The notes: generated from the sequence alone by a model not told the origin. Shown: positions 41,734 to 54,500, counted from the stretch's first letter. The stretch: 64,000 bases of DNA from Rhynchopus sp. YZ270_cl-10 (GCA_964035575.1 OZ037836.1:310001-374000), one strand, 5' to 3'. Numbers and translations are program-made.

Positions 41734-42491
41734 TCAAGGACTTGCAATGCTGTGCAGTAGCAGAGAAAGAAGTACCCTATCTGCCTCACGTTGCTCCCAG
41801 ACATGTTAAGGGTGGTCAATGCGTAGCAGTGAGCGAGGAACAACTCCTCTATCTGAGCCACGTTGTTCCACCCAGACAAGTCCAGTGTGGCCAATGAGTT
41901 GCAGTTGTAGAGGAACTTGTGTCCAACTGTTCTCAGGTTGCTCCATCCAGACAAGTCAACAGTTGTCAACGTGTGGCAGTTTGAGAGAAAGCCTTCGCAA
42001 AGTTGCGTCACATTGCTCCACCCAGATAAATCAACAGTACGCAATGAGCTGCAGTCGGCGAGGAAACAATTCCTGATTACAGCCACACCCGACACACCAC
42101 TGAGGTCAAGTGCTTCGAACGTGCCACGTCTCAGGCAGTCGGAGGGAATCTCAGTAACAACCTCCGCCTGCAGAAACAAATGAACCAGCTTGGGATCTGT
42201 CAGACCTTCGAACCTCTCTTCCGTCAGCTCTCTCTCACCCAAGTCACGAAGAGCTGCAATGGCGTCGTACTTCTGCGACTTCGTCTTCGTCAGCACAACT
42301 GTGTCCCCAGAACTCAGCTGCGTGATGTAGTCTCCTTCGGCCAGCAGCTTCCCTCCGAAGCTCATGTCAAAGCCGTCTTCGCACAACTCTGCTGCAGACG
42401 CCACCTTCCGCCGTATGTCCGCAGTTGTATCATCCACACCCACCTCGACTGTGTACTTCTCTCCGTCAAAGTTCTTCACACATATTTCCAT
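41734..42491 (-). pseudogene. 5' half of CaaX-type UBL-LRR gene split by A3
   Basis: MEICVKNFDG...YCTALQVL, then reads into the element (EGYTQRTQKERI*). Confidence 0.9.
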
Positions 42492-43624
42492 GGTTTTGGC
42501 TCTCTCTGTTTCGTGAAGGTGTTTTCAATTGGGGGTAAGAGTACGCAAGAGACAACAAACAGTTAGGGAGAGGTCTTTTGCTATTTTATTGTTCACTTTG
42601 TCAAAATCTCTTTGTTTTTCTCTTTGTCTATTTTTCCTGCATTTTTTATTCTCTTCTTTGTACTTTCTTTTGTTTTGGTTGTTGTTAGATAAGCTCAATC
42701 GCCTATCGAGTTCTGTGAATAGCACGGAACTCCTTTTCATGTGTATCCATGGAAATCAGTATCATATGTGATACCGGGACGCGCTGTGTGAAAAACGAGT
42801 GTTTCTCTGCGCGTGATATTTTGTGGGGAAGAATAAAACATTATGAAAAAAGCTCGTTGCGTTCCCACTATCGCTTCCGCTGCGCTCTCACTAACGTTCC
42901 CACTCCATTCGGTTTTCTCTTACTTAATAAAAATGATCATCCAGATGTGGCGAAACGCCATAAACTCCACAACCCCTACAAAGATACTCCGCAAGCCATG
43001 CATAGTGGGGCAAGACAAAGCAACCAAAAGAGGAAGAGGACAACTTGCAAGTGTGCAGAAGAGTGTTTGGAAGATAAGGGTACAAAGGCACTGCGTGAAT
43101 TGCACCCACGTAGGGGCGAACAACCTTCGTGACCACACAACCCACAGGAGCGCCCTTCAGAGAGCTAACATTTAGTGTTGTGTATTTGTTGTTCAAAATA
43201 TCAGTAAATTGCAGTAGTGGCACCTCTGAGGATGAACACTACTCTGCCAAGCTGATTTATTTCATTAATTATTTCATTATCATTTCAAACACGTTTAAGC
43301 TGCTTTATTTCACATCGTTTTTGTTGCCACAGTTGTGCAATATCCACGTTTCACATTTTTTACTCATTTGCTTTTTGATCTTGGTAAAGTGACCCCCAAA
43401 TAAGTTGCCTCGAAATACAACCTCTCGTGACAGTGCACCTGAACAAAATAAGTTTCCCAAATAATAGCGGTTTTCCAAATAACCTTTTCTGGGTCCAGCA
43501 CATAAACCCCCCTAAAAGGTACCCTTTTGTCATTATGGCAGTACCTACCGGCCCCCTTCCCACCTCCCTTCTTACCCTTCTTCCCGTCCTTCCCTTTATC
43601 CCCTCTCACCAGCACATCACGTCG

Positions 43625-43877
43625 TCATTGTGCGTGTCTCTGTCGTTTGCGGGCTTGCTCGGGGGATTCGTCTCTGCTGCGTTTCAAACGTGCTTCAACC
43701 ACAAGATGCTTCAGATACCTGTTATTCCTTACTGCGTCGGACACAGCACTGCTGCAGCCGGTAAGGTAAATACTCGTCAACGAAGTGCAGCTGTTAGCAA
43801 AACCCGAACCTAACATCATACAGGTTTCTACGTACTGAACCTTGTTGAGTGGCGAGAGATCCAGGGTGGTTAAAGAT
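43625..43877 (-). pseudogene. 3' piece of doubly interrupted NLS-type UBL-LRR gene
   Basis: Ends KRSRDESPEQARKRQRHAQ and matches the 3' part of 59171..60301. Confidence 0.88.
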
Positions 43878-45799
43878 GTTTAAACTTGTTGACGTGACCC
43901 ATCCCCACCTTCTCAGATGAACTGAGAGGTGAGAAAGGCGCCACGTGACCACCTTCGTTATCGCGGGGCAAACCCGAGACGCCCCTGGGACGTGTCGTGG
44001 TGCCCTTTCCCGCAACAGGCCTGAGGAGACGCCAGCATCGGCAATCCGTCCTTCTTCCTCTTCCGTCCCGCCTGCACACATGCACCGCAAGCACCCCTCC
44101 CGTGGGCCACACAGTTGTGGTGCTTCTGACAGCACTGCTTCATCGACACGTTCCCCGCACCCGCACACTGTCCGCACATCGAGAAGTTATGCACCTCACA
44201 CGCCTCACGCGCCTCCACACAGTCACCCAAAATAAGCTCATCACAATGGTGCGTCGCACAACACGCCGTGATGGAGATGTTGTTGTGCTCGCAGTCCCCG
44301 CATCGCATCTTGGTGTGTATGTCACACACCCGCATGGCCCCCACCTTCCTCCTTACGTCCACACGCACAGCCGGTGTCTGCCGCCTGCGTGCCTCCTGTC
44401 GTCGAATCTGCTCTGCCGCAACTGCAGCTATCGCAGCTCTACTACGCACCTCCTCTGCCTGCTTCTGCTCTTCCTTCGCTTCCTTCCAGCGTTCGTTCTT
44501 TGCTGAGCGTTCTTCCGGAGTGGAAGTATGAGCCACATCCGCGTCGTCACCCCACCTCGCCTTCGTCTTTTCCTTTTGTCGGGAGAGTGCTCTCCGCGAC
44601 GTCGCCTTCTCCTGCAACTCCTTCAGGTATCCTTCAACCCCCGCCGCATGCGTCAGCACAGGTCGCACAGAATACCCCGTCATGATCCCCGCACCCAGTT
44701 CCTGTAAGTGGTGCACCTCCCTCTTCTCCACTCCTTTCCATACGTCCCTTCCATGCGCCATAGTTTTCGCCGTCCGCATCATGGCACCAAAAGATTCGGC
44801 CCTCTTCAACACCGTCTCACCCGGTACGTCCAACCCCGAGAAGATCTCAAAGTCCAGCATGAGCTCGAGCTGCGTGATGGGGGGCGTTGTGCCATCAGGC
44901 CAACGCAATGCAGCGAGCCATGCCTTCAGCGCCCAGAAGTGGTCTTCCGTCCAGCGTGGACTCTTCTTCATGTACTTGCTCCCCCACAGTACGTTCTCCA
45001 GCGGGTTGTAGCTCTCAAGCACTGCACCCTCCTGAGGATTCCAGCCCCAAGGAAAAAGGGATTGGCCCACCACCGCTTGCTTCTTCTTCTTCTGCGAAAA
45101 CCCATGTTCCACGTCGTACTTCTGCCTTGCCAGCGCGATGCTGACCAGCATCAGTTGCACACGACGCACCGTCTGCTCTCTCTCCGCAACACTCAGCTCC
45201 TGCAAGAATATCGTCGGCACCAGGCCAAAGTCCAAGAAGCACGGGGGTGCGTCTTTGAGCAAAACCCGGAGTTTTCCGATGTCCTCTCCACGAATTTCGT
45301 CCCACTGCGGGCACCACCACCAAGCGTGTCTCCGGTCCTCTATCGCCTCACCACAGTATCGGCACAACGAAGTCTCCACCTCCTTGTTCCTCAGCAGCTG
45401 CACCCCCACCAACTGAGAGCCCGACAAGGCTCCGCGTATCGCGCCCGCCAGGTATCTGTCGGTCGTGCGGTCCTTCCACACTGCGTTCGTCGCCTGGCGA
45501 TCCACACCTCCCTCAATGCCCTGCATCGACGGCCTCGTCGTCACTGTCAGGCGGTACGCGTGTGCACGGATGCCCTCTCTCAGCTCATGCAGCCATTTGC
45601 CCTTGTCCCACAGACGAACGTGCACCCTCAACCCGATGTGTGTGGTCCAGAAGTCGAAGCTGCTCCACCGCCATCCGTATCGCTCCAGGTCGTCCCACAA
45701 CAACTCTATCACACCCTTCTTGTGCACTTCAGTAACCCTTGGGTTGGCAACCCCAGGGTTCTCGCGCCGGAGACGTGCCAGATCTGAAGCCCTGTCACG
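43878..45799 (-). mobile_element. Family A, 5'-truncated copy A4 (ORF2 C-terminal part and 3' UTR)
   Basis: About 17-bp TSD ccagggtggttaaagat (43861-43877, 45800-45816) with cc microhomology at the 5' junction. Contains ORF 43958..45727. Confidence 0.93.
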
Positions 45800-46498
45800 C
45801 CAGGGTGGTTAAAGATTTGCAGTCGTCAAGAAAGTATCTGCCAATCTGCGTAACGTTCTTGAGTGGTGTCAGATCCAGGGTGGTTAAAGAATTGCAGGCG
45901 TGAAGAAAGTAATCGCCAATCATCGTAACGTTGTTGAGTGGCGAGAGATCCAGGGTGGTTAAAGAGCTGCATTCGTTAAGAAAGCGACTGCCAATCACCG
46001 TCACGTGGTTGAGTGGGGTCAGATCCAGGGTTGTTAAAGAGTTGCAGCCGGAAAGAAAGAAACTCTCAATCCTCGTAACGTTGAGTGGTAGAGCCAGGGT
46101 GGTTAAAGAGTTGCAGTGGGAGAGAAAGCCAGAGCCAATCGCCGTCACGTGGTTGAGTGGTGTCAGATCCAGGGTGGTTAAAGAGCTGCAGGCGAAAAGA
46201 AAGTGACTGCCAATCACCGTCACATTGCTCAACCCAGAGAGGTCAATAGTTGTTAACGAGGTGCCCTTGAGGAAGTTGTCTCCAATCTGTGTCACAATGG
46301 ACACAGCACTGAGATCAAGGCGCGTTACCCATGCCTTCCTCAAGAACTCATCAGGAATGACAGTCGCAACCTCCGCCTGCAGAAGCAAACACGCCACCTC
46401 AGGATCCTCCACATCCTCCAACCTCTCTGGTGTGATGTTTCTCTCACCCAACGCATGAAGTGCTACTATGGCTTCGTATTTCTGCGTTTTTGTGAGGT
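45800..46498 (-). pseudogene. Middle piece of doubly interrupted UBL-LRR gene
   Basis: LTKTQKYEAI...DDCKSLTTL, near-identical to the matching part of 59171..60301. Confidence 0.9.
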
Positions 46499-46565
46499 GG
46501 GGGCCCGTTTTCGATGCATGCACCCCTATCCGAGATAGGTGATACAATACATCGTGGGGGTGATA

Positions 46566-49500
46566 TTACATAAGTCCATCACCGCCCCTGCTGTGCCCAT
46601 CCTTCTGCTTCGTCTGCTTCTTCTTGAAGAAGCCTCCCAGCGTCGTCTGTCGCCCCTTCGAGGTGTCGTGGTGGCGGCGGCAGCAGTGATCCAGCGTACT
46701 CTTCTCTTGCACACAGTTCCCGCACCTCGAGAGTCTATGCTTAGTGCATGCTTCGTGTCGGATCGGTAACCCGTCGTCGTTGGAGTGGTGCGCAAAGCAG
46801 CAATGCATCAGGTCTGCCTGGGCGTTCTTCGAGCAGGCATCACACTTCGTCTTCCGGTGCAGCACACATATCGCAAACTGGAAGATCGGAACCGCTCCTT
46901 CAGGTGCCTTCACGGGTGCGTCCCCTGGACGCACGTGCTCATGGTGCCGGTAGCGAGCATGCGCAGATGTCTCCTGTTCAGCCCGCTGGATGAATGGTAG
47001 TGCCCTCCTGCCCCTAACTTCTGTGGAGGGGTACGCCGTCTCAGCAGAATACTCCCCCATCCATGTACCTCTCGCTCTATCGCCACCACGGAGCTCCGCC
47101 TCAGACATGCCTTCGGAGCTGCGTTGCAGACGGTACGCCACACCAGCATCGTATAGCGCACGCAATGCCTTCAACGTTTCTTCTCCGCCGGCAAAGATAG
47201 GACGGCGGTCGATGCCTGTGATGGCGTTCGCCCCAAACGAAGCGAGAACATGCGTTACCTTCACCTTCCCCGGATGGAGAGAGCTCTCCGAAAAGGTTCT
47301 GAGTGAAGCCAACATATGCCCAAAGGTGGTCGTCTTCGCCATTTCTCTGTGGGCCAGCGCTACTGGCACCACGTCGTCATCATCGTCGTCTTCCCCACTC
47401 CCGTCGTCTTCCCCCCCATTGTTGACTTCTTCCCCAGTCCCATCCCTCGGCTGCTTCAGCTTCGGCGCTATTCTGCCGGTCTTGTCCCCAGGTCGGATGT
47501 CCATCCCTGTGGCAACCTCGAAGTCGATGAGCAGCTCCATGTGGGAGACTTCACGTCCAGCTTCGTCGCTCCATTGTAAACCACCCAGCCAGGAGGCAAA
47601 CGCCAGCAGCAGCGCACGTCCATACGGCCACCTCCTTTTCAGGGGGGTGTAGTCCACCAAACTGTTCGCGTGTTGCGTCGTCGTGTCCAACTCCGGCGCC
47701 CACGTCCACGGGTATCGGTCTTCTTGCAGTCGCGGGTTCGTCGCTTCCGGTCTGCTCCACTTGGAGCGTGCGATGAGGATGCGCACCATCATCTTCTGCA
47801 GGTCTGCAACACGGGCGCATTCCAAAGGTGTGTCCGGTGTGCACATGCCGCAGATAGCGAGACAGTTTGGCCAGGTCGTTCTGTCAATGTCCAACAGCAA
47901 GGGGTACTCCGCACGAATGCTACTCCATGCTTCACATTCCCACCACAAGTGTTTGTGATTTTCGTCCACCCCCGCTTCGCAGTGAACGCAGATGGCCGAG
48001 TCCCGTATGCGCGCTCTCGCAAGTCGCACCCCCGTTATCGCACCGTCAGCTACAATGTGTCGCAGCGTCCCCGCCTCGTAATCCGTCAAACTTTTGCTTC
48101 GGGTGAGAGCAAGGGTTTTCTCCTTATCCACCCCCGCTTCAATACCCTTCAGGTTAGCTCTGCCTTTGCCATTGACCTTCGCAGTCGTCTTCGTACGGGA
48201 GAGTCGAATGAAGAACATCCGTTCTCGCACAACGTGGCCCAGTCTACCCAAGCTTACTGTCTTCACATCAACGATGCTCCCATCGTGCGTTTTCACTTTT
48301 GTCGTGTCTATCCATGACCACGCAAGGCGGCTGAGGGCTCGCGCAATCAACCCGATGGGTCCTCCAGTCTTCGCCTGCTTCGCTTTCGCACGTGACCTGC
48401 ACTTTTCGACCAGCAAACAGATCTCATCCGATTTGCGTATCATCGCCGCCCACGTCATGATCCTTCTGTAGTCGAATGCCACCGAGGGGTCGAGCAGATG
48501 GCCTTTCTCGAAGACATTCAGCATGACCGGTACGCTTCTTCGGTTCATCTTGTTCACGCCGTGGACCCCTTTCTCCACTGCAGTTGCAAGACTGTTCACG
48601 TATTTCCCAGGTGGGTCCTGCACCGTGATACCGTACACAGATTTCGACATCACTGCAGCCTGCATGATGCCTGCTTTCTCACCTTGAGTCAGCGGGAGGC
48701 ATCCCACCTTACCTGCTAGCGGTCCGCATGCGTCGATGGTGTCTTCCAGCTTCGTCGGGAGCGTAGCCTGTCGGGCCTGCACCGTCGCCCCCAGGCACTC
48801 CGACTTCTCGACGCGAGTAAGATCCGCGCCGTTCATCTGCACAGTTTCCTCTTCATCAGGACGGTTGCTCTGCCACGTGCTTTTCCCCGCGTGGACGCGT
48901 TGTCCCGTCAAGTCTGCAAAGTGTCCGGTGAAGGCGACACCCGCTCGCAGCTGGTCGAGGGTCTTCGTCAGGAGGTTGGTGTCGTCAGCATACGCCAGCC
49001 CCTGCGTGCCCGTTTCCTTCTCCACCCCGTTCATCCACACCGCCACCAGCGCATTCAGGAAGATTACGCTCAGTGGGCATCCTTGGAGGATACCATTCGT
49101 CGCAAACCATTCTTTGCCAAGACCTGCCGGAAGTTTGAAACGCCTCCCCAGCTTCTTGTATATACCCCGGATGGGGCGCATCATGTTGTCGGGAAGACCC
49201 AACCGTTCGACGAGCTGGAACATGATCTCTTGGGGAACACGGTCAAAGCACTTCTGATAGTCGAAGGAGGCTAGATAGATAGGTGTGTCGTCTATCAGAG
49301 CCTCCTCCATCTTCGCACAGAGAAACCACAGCAGGTCTTCGGTTCCGTGTTTGTTCCGGAAGCCGTGTTGCCGCTCGTGAATCCAGGATTCCTGCCACGT
49401 CGCCACTTTGCGGAGTCGAGTCGCCGCCCATAACCTGTACATCACACTGGTGATGGTTATGGGTCGCTGCTTCAGGGGCTCCTCGCCTTCTCCTTTGGGG

Positions 49501-51551
49501 ATGAGCACCACCAACGCCCTCGCAATCACCCTGGGCCAGTTCCCAGTATCCTCGATCAGGTTCAGGCAGCGCGCGAGTTCCTCCAGCAGTGCCAAAGGCA
49601 GTTCCTTCAGCTCCTCCACCCTCCACCCATCGAGGCCTGCCGCCTTTTTCCGCTTCATCTTGCCGATGGTCGTACGGAGGTCGTCGGCGGTCAGGGGTTC
49701 GCATACACAAGGGGTCCCTTCAGGAATGTGTTCCTTGAACCTATCAAAGAACGTCGTCCACGCAGGTTCTTCGGAATCGTCGTACATCCGGAACACCCCA
49801 CCCCAAGCACGGTCATCCATGAGCAGTTCATCCATCTCCTGGAGGTTAGCTGTAACCGTGCCGTCCTCCCGTTTCAGGAACGTGGTGTGTGACGACGTAG
49901 CCTTCCGCAGGAACGAGAACACCTTCGCTGGGTTCACCTTCATGTGTTCCTTCATTGTGCGGCGCCATTCCTTGATGCGGGCCCGACGCCGTTGCTCCAG
50001 CAGGACAAAACCCCTCTTCTTCAAGCAGCCAAGGAGCCCACACAACGCCTCTATCCCAGGAAGGTCGAGGTCCCAGGTGTCACTCTTCAGTAGATGCTTC
50101 TTCTTGCGGATTTTCGCCCACAGCTGCCGTTCGTTCAACGATTCTGCAGATGGCTGACCGAAGCGCTTCCTCCGATCACCAATGAGCTGCTCCATCTGAC
50201 GACATGTCTTCTGCAGTTGAGCCGTCTCCAGGTTCACAGCATCCGGCGTGTCGCAGTCCATGCGGGCCGTCCGATGTCGGAGAACGTCGGGTTGCACCTC
50301 CCCTCTCCCCCTGTGGCGTTGTTGCTTCGGGTCTGAGTCTGCAGCACCTCTCTTCAGCAGGTAGTCCTCCGCAATCTTGCAGAAGCGTGCCCAGCGATCT
50401 TCAACCGACATCTTCGTCAGGTCGGCTTCAGGGGCAGCGTTCTCCTGCATCACCTTCGCTGCAAGCTCCTTCTCCTTCTTCGCCGGCCATTTCGTCCAGT
50501 CGTCGCCGATCAAAGAAAGGGGAGGGCGTGCCTGCGGTGCCTTCTGCTCGTATCGCGTCAGGTCTAACGTCAACACCACCGGTCTGTGTACCGGGAGGCA
50601 GCTCTCTTTCCAGACCACCACTTTGGAGATCGCAGGGGCAGCCACGTGGTTCGCCAGCACCAAGTCGATACGTCTGCCAGACGATGTGGAGGTATAGCAT
50701 GTGTTCTCTGCTGCCTTACCCAACTGCTGTGCGTAGGTATCTGCCGCATCAACCCATTTGCCGGAGGAGATGGCCGCTCGAATGGCTAGACTTTCGTTAG
50801 CCTCTACGTTGAAGTCTCCGGCAATGAACACCGGTATGTCCCCAAGGCTGGCTGCTTCTTCAAAGATGCCTGTCAGGAGTTGCTCCGTGCGGTCGCTGTC
50901 AGCACACACACCATAAAACGAGAACACAGAGATGTTACGTCCCCCGCTCCCATATGCCACCTGCGCATGCGTAAAGCGGCATTCGTTCCACGCTTGTTGG
51001 GCACATTGTGGCGGTACTGCTCTGGTCGGTATGTCAGCGCACGTCATGATCGCAACTCCACCATTCTGCGTGCGCGTGCGCAGAGGGTCTGATCCCTGGC
51101 TTCGTCTGCAAGGGGCACCAAAGAGAAGCTGCTTGGCACCATACCCCTTCACGTCGTTTGCTGCCCCCTTCATCTCTTCTTCTGTGAGGCGCACCTCCTG
51201 CAGAGCACAAACGTCCACATCCCACTCCCCCACCGCAGGGTGTGCCCTCAGAGACGTCACGTTTGCCGTGCCAAGCGACATGGTCGACGGACCCGGATGC
51301 TCCTCCACGTCTCCACATGTCAGCAGTGACCCCCTGCCCAAAAACGCCCCTCGTCGCCTCCCTCGACGCACCCTGTGTCCGACCCCTCGCCCCACCCCCC
51401 TTCGCGTTCTACCCTTACCCCTTGTCCCCGACAGCATACAGCCCGCAGAGCGCAAACGATGCTGACCCCTTGTTGGGGAGACAGTTTTCACAAAAACGTC
51501 TCGTTCTCCAACTACGCACGAAGAAGCCAATCCTGTGCCGTACCCTTCCAC
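46566..51551 (-). CDS. B ORF2: 2A-like peptide + APE + RT + Zn modules
   Basis: GRGSLLTCGDVEEHPGP, then ALQEV, AGDFN, RIDLV, FDYQKCFDRV, QGCPLS, YADD and CVHC..H..C. Confidence 0.95.
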   Translation of the reverse strand: MEGYGTGLASSCVVGERDVFVKTVSPTRGQHRLRSAGCMLSGTRGKGRTRRGVGRGVGHRVRRGRRRGAFLGRGSLLTCGDVEEHPGPSTMSLGTANVTSLRAHPAVGEWDVDVCALQEVRLTEEEMKGAANDVKGYGAKQLLFGAPCRRSQGSDPLRTRTQNGGVAIMTCADIPTRAVPPQCAQQAWNECRFTHAQVAYGSGGRNISVFSFYGVCADSDRTEQLLTGIFEEAASLGDIPVFIAGDFNVEANESLAIRAAISSGKWVDAADTYAQQLGKAAENTCYTSTSSGRRIDLVLANHVAAPAISKVVVWKESCLPVHRPVVLTLDLTRYEQKAPQARPPLSLIGDDWTKWPAKKEKELAAKVMQENAAPEADLTKMSVEDRWARFCKIAEDYLLKRGAADSDPKQQRHRGRGEVQPDVLRHRTARMDCDTPDAVNLETAQLQKTCRQMEQLIGDRRKRFGQPSAESLNERQLWAKIRKKKHLLKSDTWDLDLPGIEALCGLLGCLKKRGFVLLEQRRRARIKEWRRTMKEHMKVNPAKVFSFLRKATSSHTTFLKREDGTVTANLQEMDELLMDDRAWGGVFRMYDDSEEPAWTTFFDRFKEHIPEGTPCVCEPLTADDLRTTIGKMKRKKAAGLDGWRVEELKELPLALLEELARCLNLIEDTGNWPRVIARALVVLIPKGEGEEPLKQRPITITSVMYRLWAATRLRKVATWQESWIHERQHGFRNKHGTEDLLWFLCAKMEEALIDDTPIYLASFDYQKCFDRVPQEIMFQLVERLGLPDNMMRPIRGIYKKLGRRFKLPAGLGKEWFATNGILQGCPLSVIFLNALVAVWMNGVEKETGTQGLAYADDTNLLTKTLDQLRAGVAFTGHFADLTGQRVHAGKSTWQSNRPDEEETVQMNGADLTRVEKSECLGATVQARQATLPTKLEDTIDACGPLAGKVGCLPLTQGEKAGIMQAAVMSKSVYGITVQDPPGKYVNSLATAVEKGVHGVNKMNRRSVPVMLNVFEKGHLLDPSVAFDYRRIMTWAAMIRKSDEICLLVEKCRSRAKAKQAKTGGPIGLIARALSRLAWSWIDTTKVKTHDGSIVDVKTVSLGRLGHVVRERMFFIRLSRTKTTAKVNGKGRANLKGIEAGVDKEKTLALTRSKSLTDYEAGTLRHIVADGAITGVRLARARIRDSAICVHCEAGVDENHKHLWWECEAWSSIRAEYPLLLDIDRTTWPNCLAICGMCTPDTPLECARVADLQKMMVRILIARSKWSRPEATNPRLQEDRYPWTWAPELDTTTQHANSLVDYTPLKRRWPYGRALLLAFASWLGGLQWSDEAGREVSHMELLIDFEVATGMDIRPGDKTGRIAPKLKQPRDGTGEEVNNGGEDDGSGEDDDDDDVVPVALAHREMAKTTTFGHMLASLRTFSESSLHPGKVKVTHVLASFGANAITGIDRRPIFAGGEETLKALRALYDAGVAYRLQRSSEGMSEAELRGGDRARGTWMGEYSAETAYPSTEVRGRRALPFIQRAEQETSAHARYRHHEHVRPGDAPVKAPEGAVPIFQFAICVLHRKTKCDACSKNAQADLMHCCFAHHSNDDGLPIRHEACTKHRLSRCGNCVQEKSTLDHCCRRHHDTSKGRQTTLGGFFKKKQTKQKDGHSRGGDGLM

Positions 51552-51563
51552 CGCACCACACCG

Positions 51564-54500
51564 TCACCGCCCCACATCGCGCAGGGTGTTGCGGCCTACC
51601 AACCTGTTGTCTAGTCCCTGGACGGGACGAAACGCGATCTCGATGACGTCCCCCGCTACCTTCACGACAGTCACCGGGATGGCTGCGCCGTTGCCTCCCT
51701 CCTCGCGGTACTCCATGGAGTCGCCAGCCTCCAGCACTGCGTTCCCGTACGACTCCTCGTTCTTCTCGTTCCCCTCCGCCTGCTCTTTTGCGGGGACTTC
51801 CGTCCGCATCCTGCGCGGCGGACTCAGCAGCGCCACCGTCTCACCGGACTCACTGCGGTCTTCCCGCTTGCCCGCCAGGGTCACGGCAGGTGGCGCCACC
51901 GGCACTCTGGGAGCTGGCGAGGTCTCCGCGTCCTCCTCGACAGCCGCACAGTCTGGCGATGTCTGCACCGGCAGTGCCATGTCGGCGTCGTCCATCCGTG
52001 CCTCGGCGTCTGGTGTCGTGGGTGCGGGGGTCCCTGCGCCGGCGTTCTCCCCTTGCTCCTGCTCACGTTGTGCCTGCACTGCTGCAGCACGTCTCTCCTT
52101 CTTTGCCGCCGCTTCTTCCTGTGCTGCCCGTAGTGCCTCCCGTCGTTTCTCAGCGGCCACAATGTTCCTGCGTTTCTTCTTCTTCTTCGGGGACGCCACC
52201 ACTACCTCCACATCACCGGCGCCAGCAACGTCCGCAGTCGGCGATGTGTCCCTGGGCGGTGCTGACCGCGACCGGTTCCGTGCTTCGGCGACTTCTACGA
52301 CTACCCCCGGCTTTCCACGGATGGTGTCAGCCCTCCTCCTCCTGCGGCGCGGGCTCAGCTCCTCAACCTCACTGGACCCATTTCCCGCACGTATCCGCTT
52401 ACCTGCCATCGTTGCGGGCTCCGGTGACATCACGTCCTCGGCATTCCCGTCTGGGAGTGTGTCCAACAATTCATCCGCCATCTGCATCTCGGGTGTTGTG
52501 GGCGCTGCAGTGGGCACTGCGACAGTCGGGGCCGTAGTAGCAGCAGCCTCCCCCTCGCGCTGCCTGGCGTTCTCAGCAGCAACTGCAGCAGCGGCGGCGG
52601 CGGCTTCCTCCTCCTGCTGCCAGAGGATTGCAGCAGCAGCGTCGGCTTCCTCACGCTGCTTGAGGACTGCAGCAGCGGCGGCCTTCTCCTCCTCCTCACG
52701 CTGCCTCAGGGCTGCAGCAGCAGCGGCCTTCACCTCCTCCTCGCGCTGCTTGAGGGCTGCAGCAGCGGCGACCTCCTCCTCCTGCCTCAGGGCTGCAGCA
52801 GCAGCGGCCTTCACCTCCTCCTCGCGCTGCTTGAGGGCTGCAGCAGCGGCGGCCTTCACCTCCTCCTCACGCTGCCTCAGGGCTGCAGCAGCAGCGGCCT
52901 TCACCTCCTCCTCGCGCTGCTTGAGGGCTGCAGCAGCGGCGGCCTTCGCCTCCTCCTCACGCTGCCTCAGGGCTGCAGCAGCGGCGGCCTTCACCTCTTC
53001 CTCACGCTGCCTCAGGGCTGCAGCAGCAGCGGCCTTCACCTCCTCCTCACGCTGCCTCAGGGCTGCAGCGGCGGCGGCCTTCGCCTCCTCCTCCTCCTGC
53101 CTCAGGGCTGCAGCAGCAGCAGCGGCGTCCTCTCTCGCAGCAGCCGTGGCCTCCTTCGGCATGGAACAGAGCTTGCCCACTTGCTCCAGCATGGCCGCCA
53201 TCCACACCTGCTGCTCCTTCCGTTGCTCCACCCGTTCTTCCCGCAACTGGGCCGTCAGCGACGCCACCGTCTCCTGCAGCAGGGTCTGGAGGCGCTCGCC
53301 CACCAGGCGGTCCAACCTCTCCTCCATCCGGCGCTCCAACTCCGCCCACTTCTCGCCTGCGTCCTCAGGTGATGGGGCGGGCGACGTCATTGGGGGTTGA
53401 CCCTTCGGCGTCCGTTGCTTCGTTGTTGTTGTTGTTGTTGGTGGAGGTGTCCTTGATGTGGTAGTGGGTGGCTTCGCTGCAGCTGGCGCTGTTGCTGCTT
53501 GGCGTGCGTGCGCAGCCCAGGACACCCAACCGTAGTCGGGCCCAGTGCCACGGTTGTGCTGCGCTGTCGCCGCCGGCGCCGTCCGGGCACCAAATGTCGG
53601 ACCAGACGCATGTGCGGTATGTACCTTGGCCTTCTGTTTCGCCCCCGGACCCGGAGCCGTTGCCCTACCCCCGCCCTCCTTATGCCCATCCTTGCGGATC
53701 AGCAGCCCCTTCCCGTTCCCCTCCATGTCCATGGCCCACGTCGGCGGATCCAGCTTCGCTCCCACCACCCAACGCCATCCCTCCAGCCTCCGCAGCGGCG
53801 TCACCGTCCACCCTGCGCCTGCCAGCGACTCCATCACCGCTTCACCGGACGTACCCGACGGGAAACCGGACACCACGTATCGACCTTCGGGCGCCTTTCC
53901 CTCCTGCATGAGTGCCGCATTTGCACGCTCCTGATCCTCCTTCTTCACCCGTATCCCCAGGGACTCGTACCTCGCCGCCACTCCCCATCCCCCCATCCGG
54001 GTCGCCAGCCCCTGGGCCTCTTCTAGCCCCACCCCGTCCACCAACCACACGACAGGCAGATGCTCCGACTGCTCGCGTCTCATCCGGAAGAAGACACCCC
54101 CCTTCCCACTCTGCTTCAGGCAGCGCTCTGATACGTCCTCCCTTACGTCGGCCACCGAGGAGATCAGCTTACCCTCCTGCCACAATGGTGGGCGGTTGAG
54201 GTTGCACCCCACCTCCGCACGCATCTTCTTCCCCGCTGACACCAGGTCCTGCGCTTGTCCTGCTGTCGGCCTCATCGTCACAAACACCGTCACCAGTTGG
54301 ACGGCCGCCGACGCCTTCTTCCCCCCGTTTCCTCTCCCCGGCCTCAGCCTCCCCACCACGTACACGGCCGTGCTCGCCGCCCCGTTCACCTTCCCCCCAT
54401 TCCCCTGCTTACCCATGGGGCACTGCATCTTCTCCCCACCAGACTTCGGGAAGGACCCGAAACCCACCCACGTCACGCCCGGCGTGCGCGCGATCTTCCC

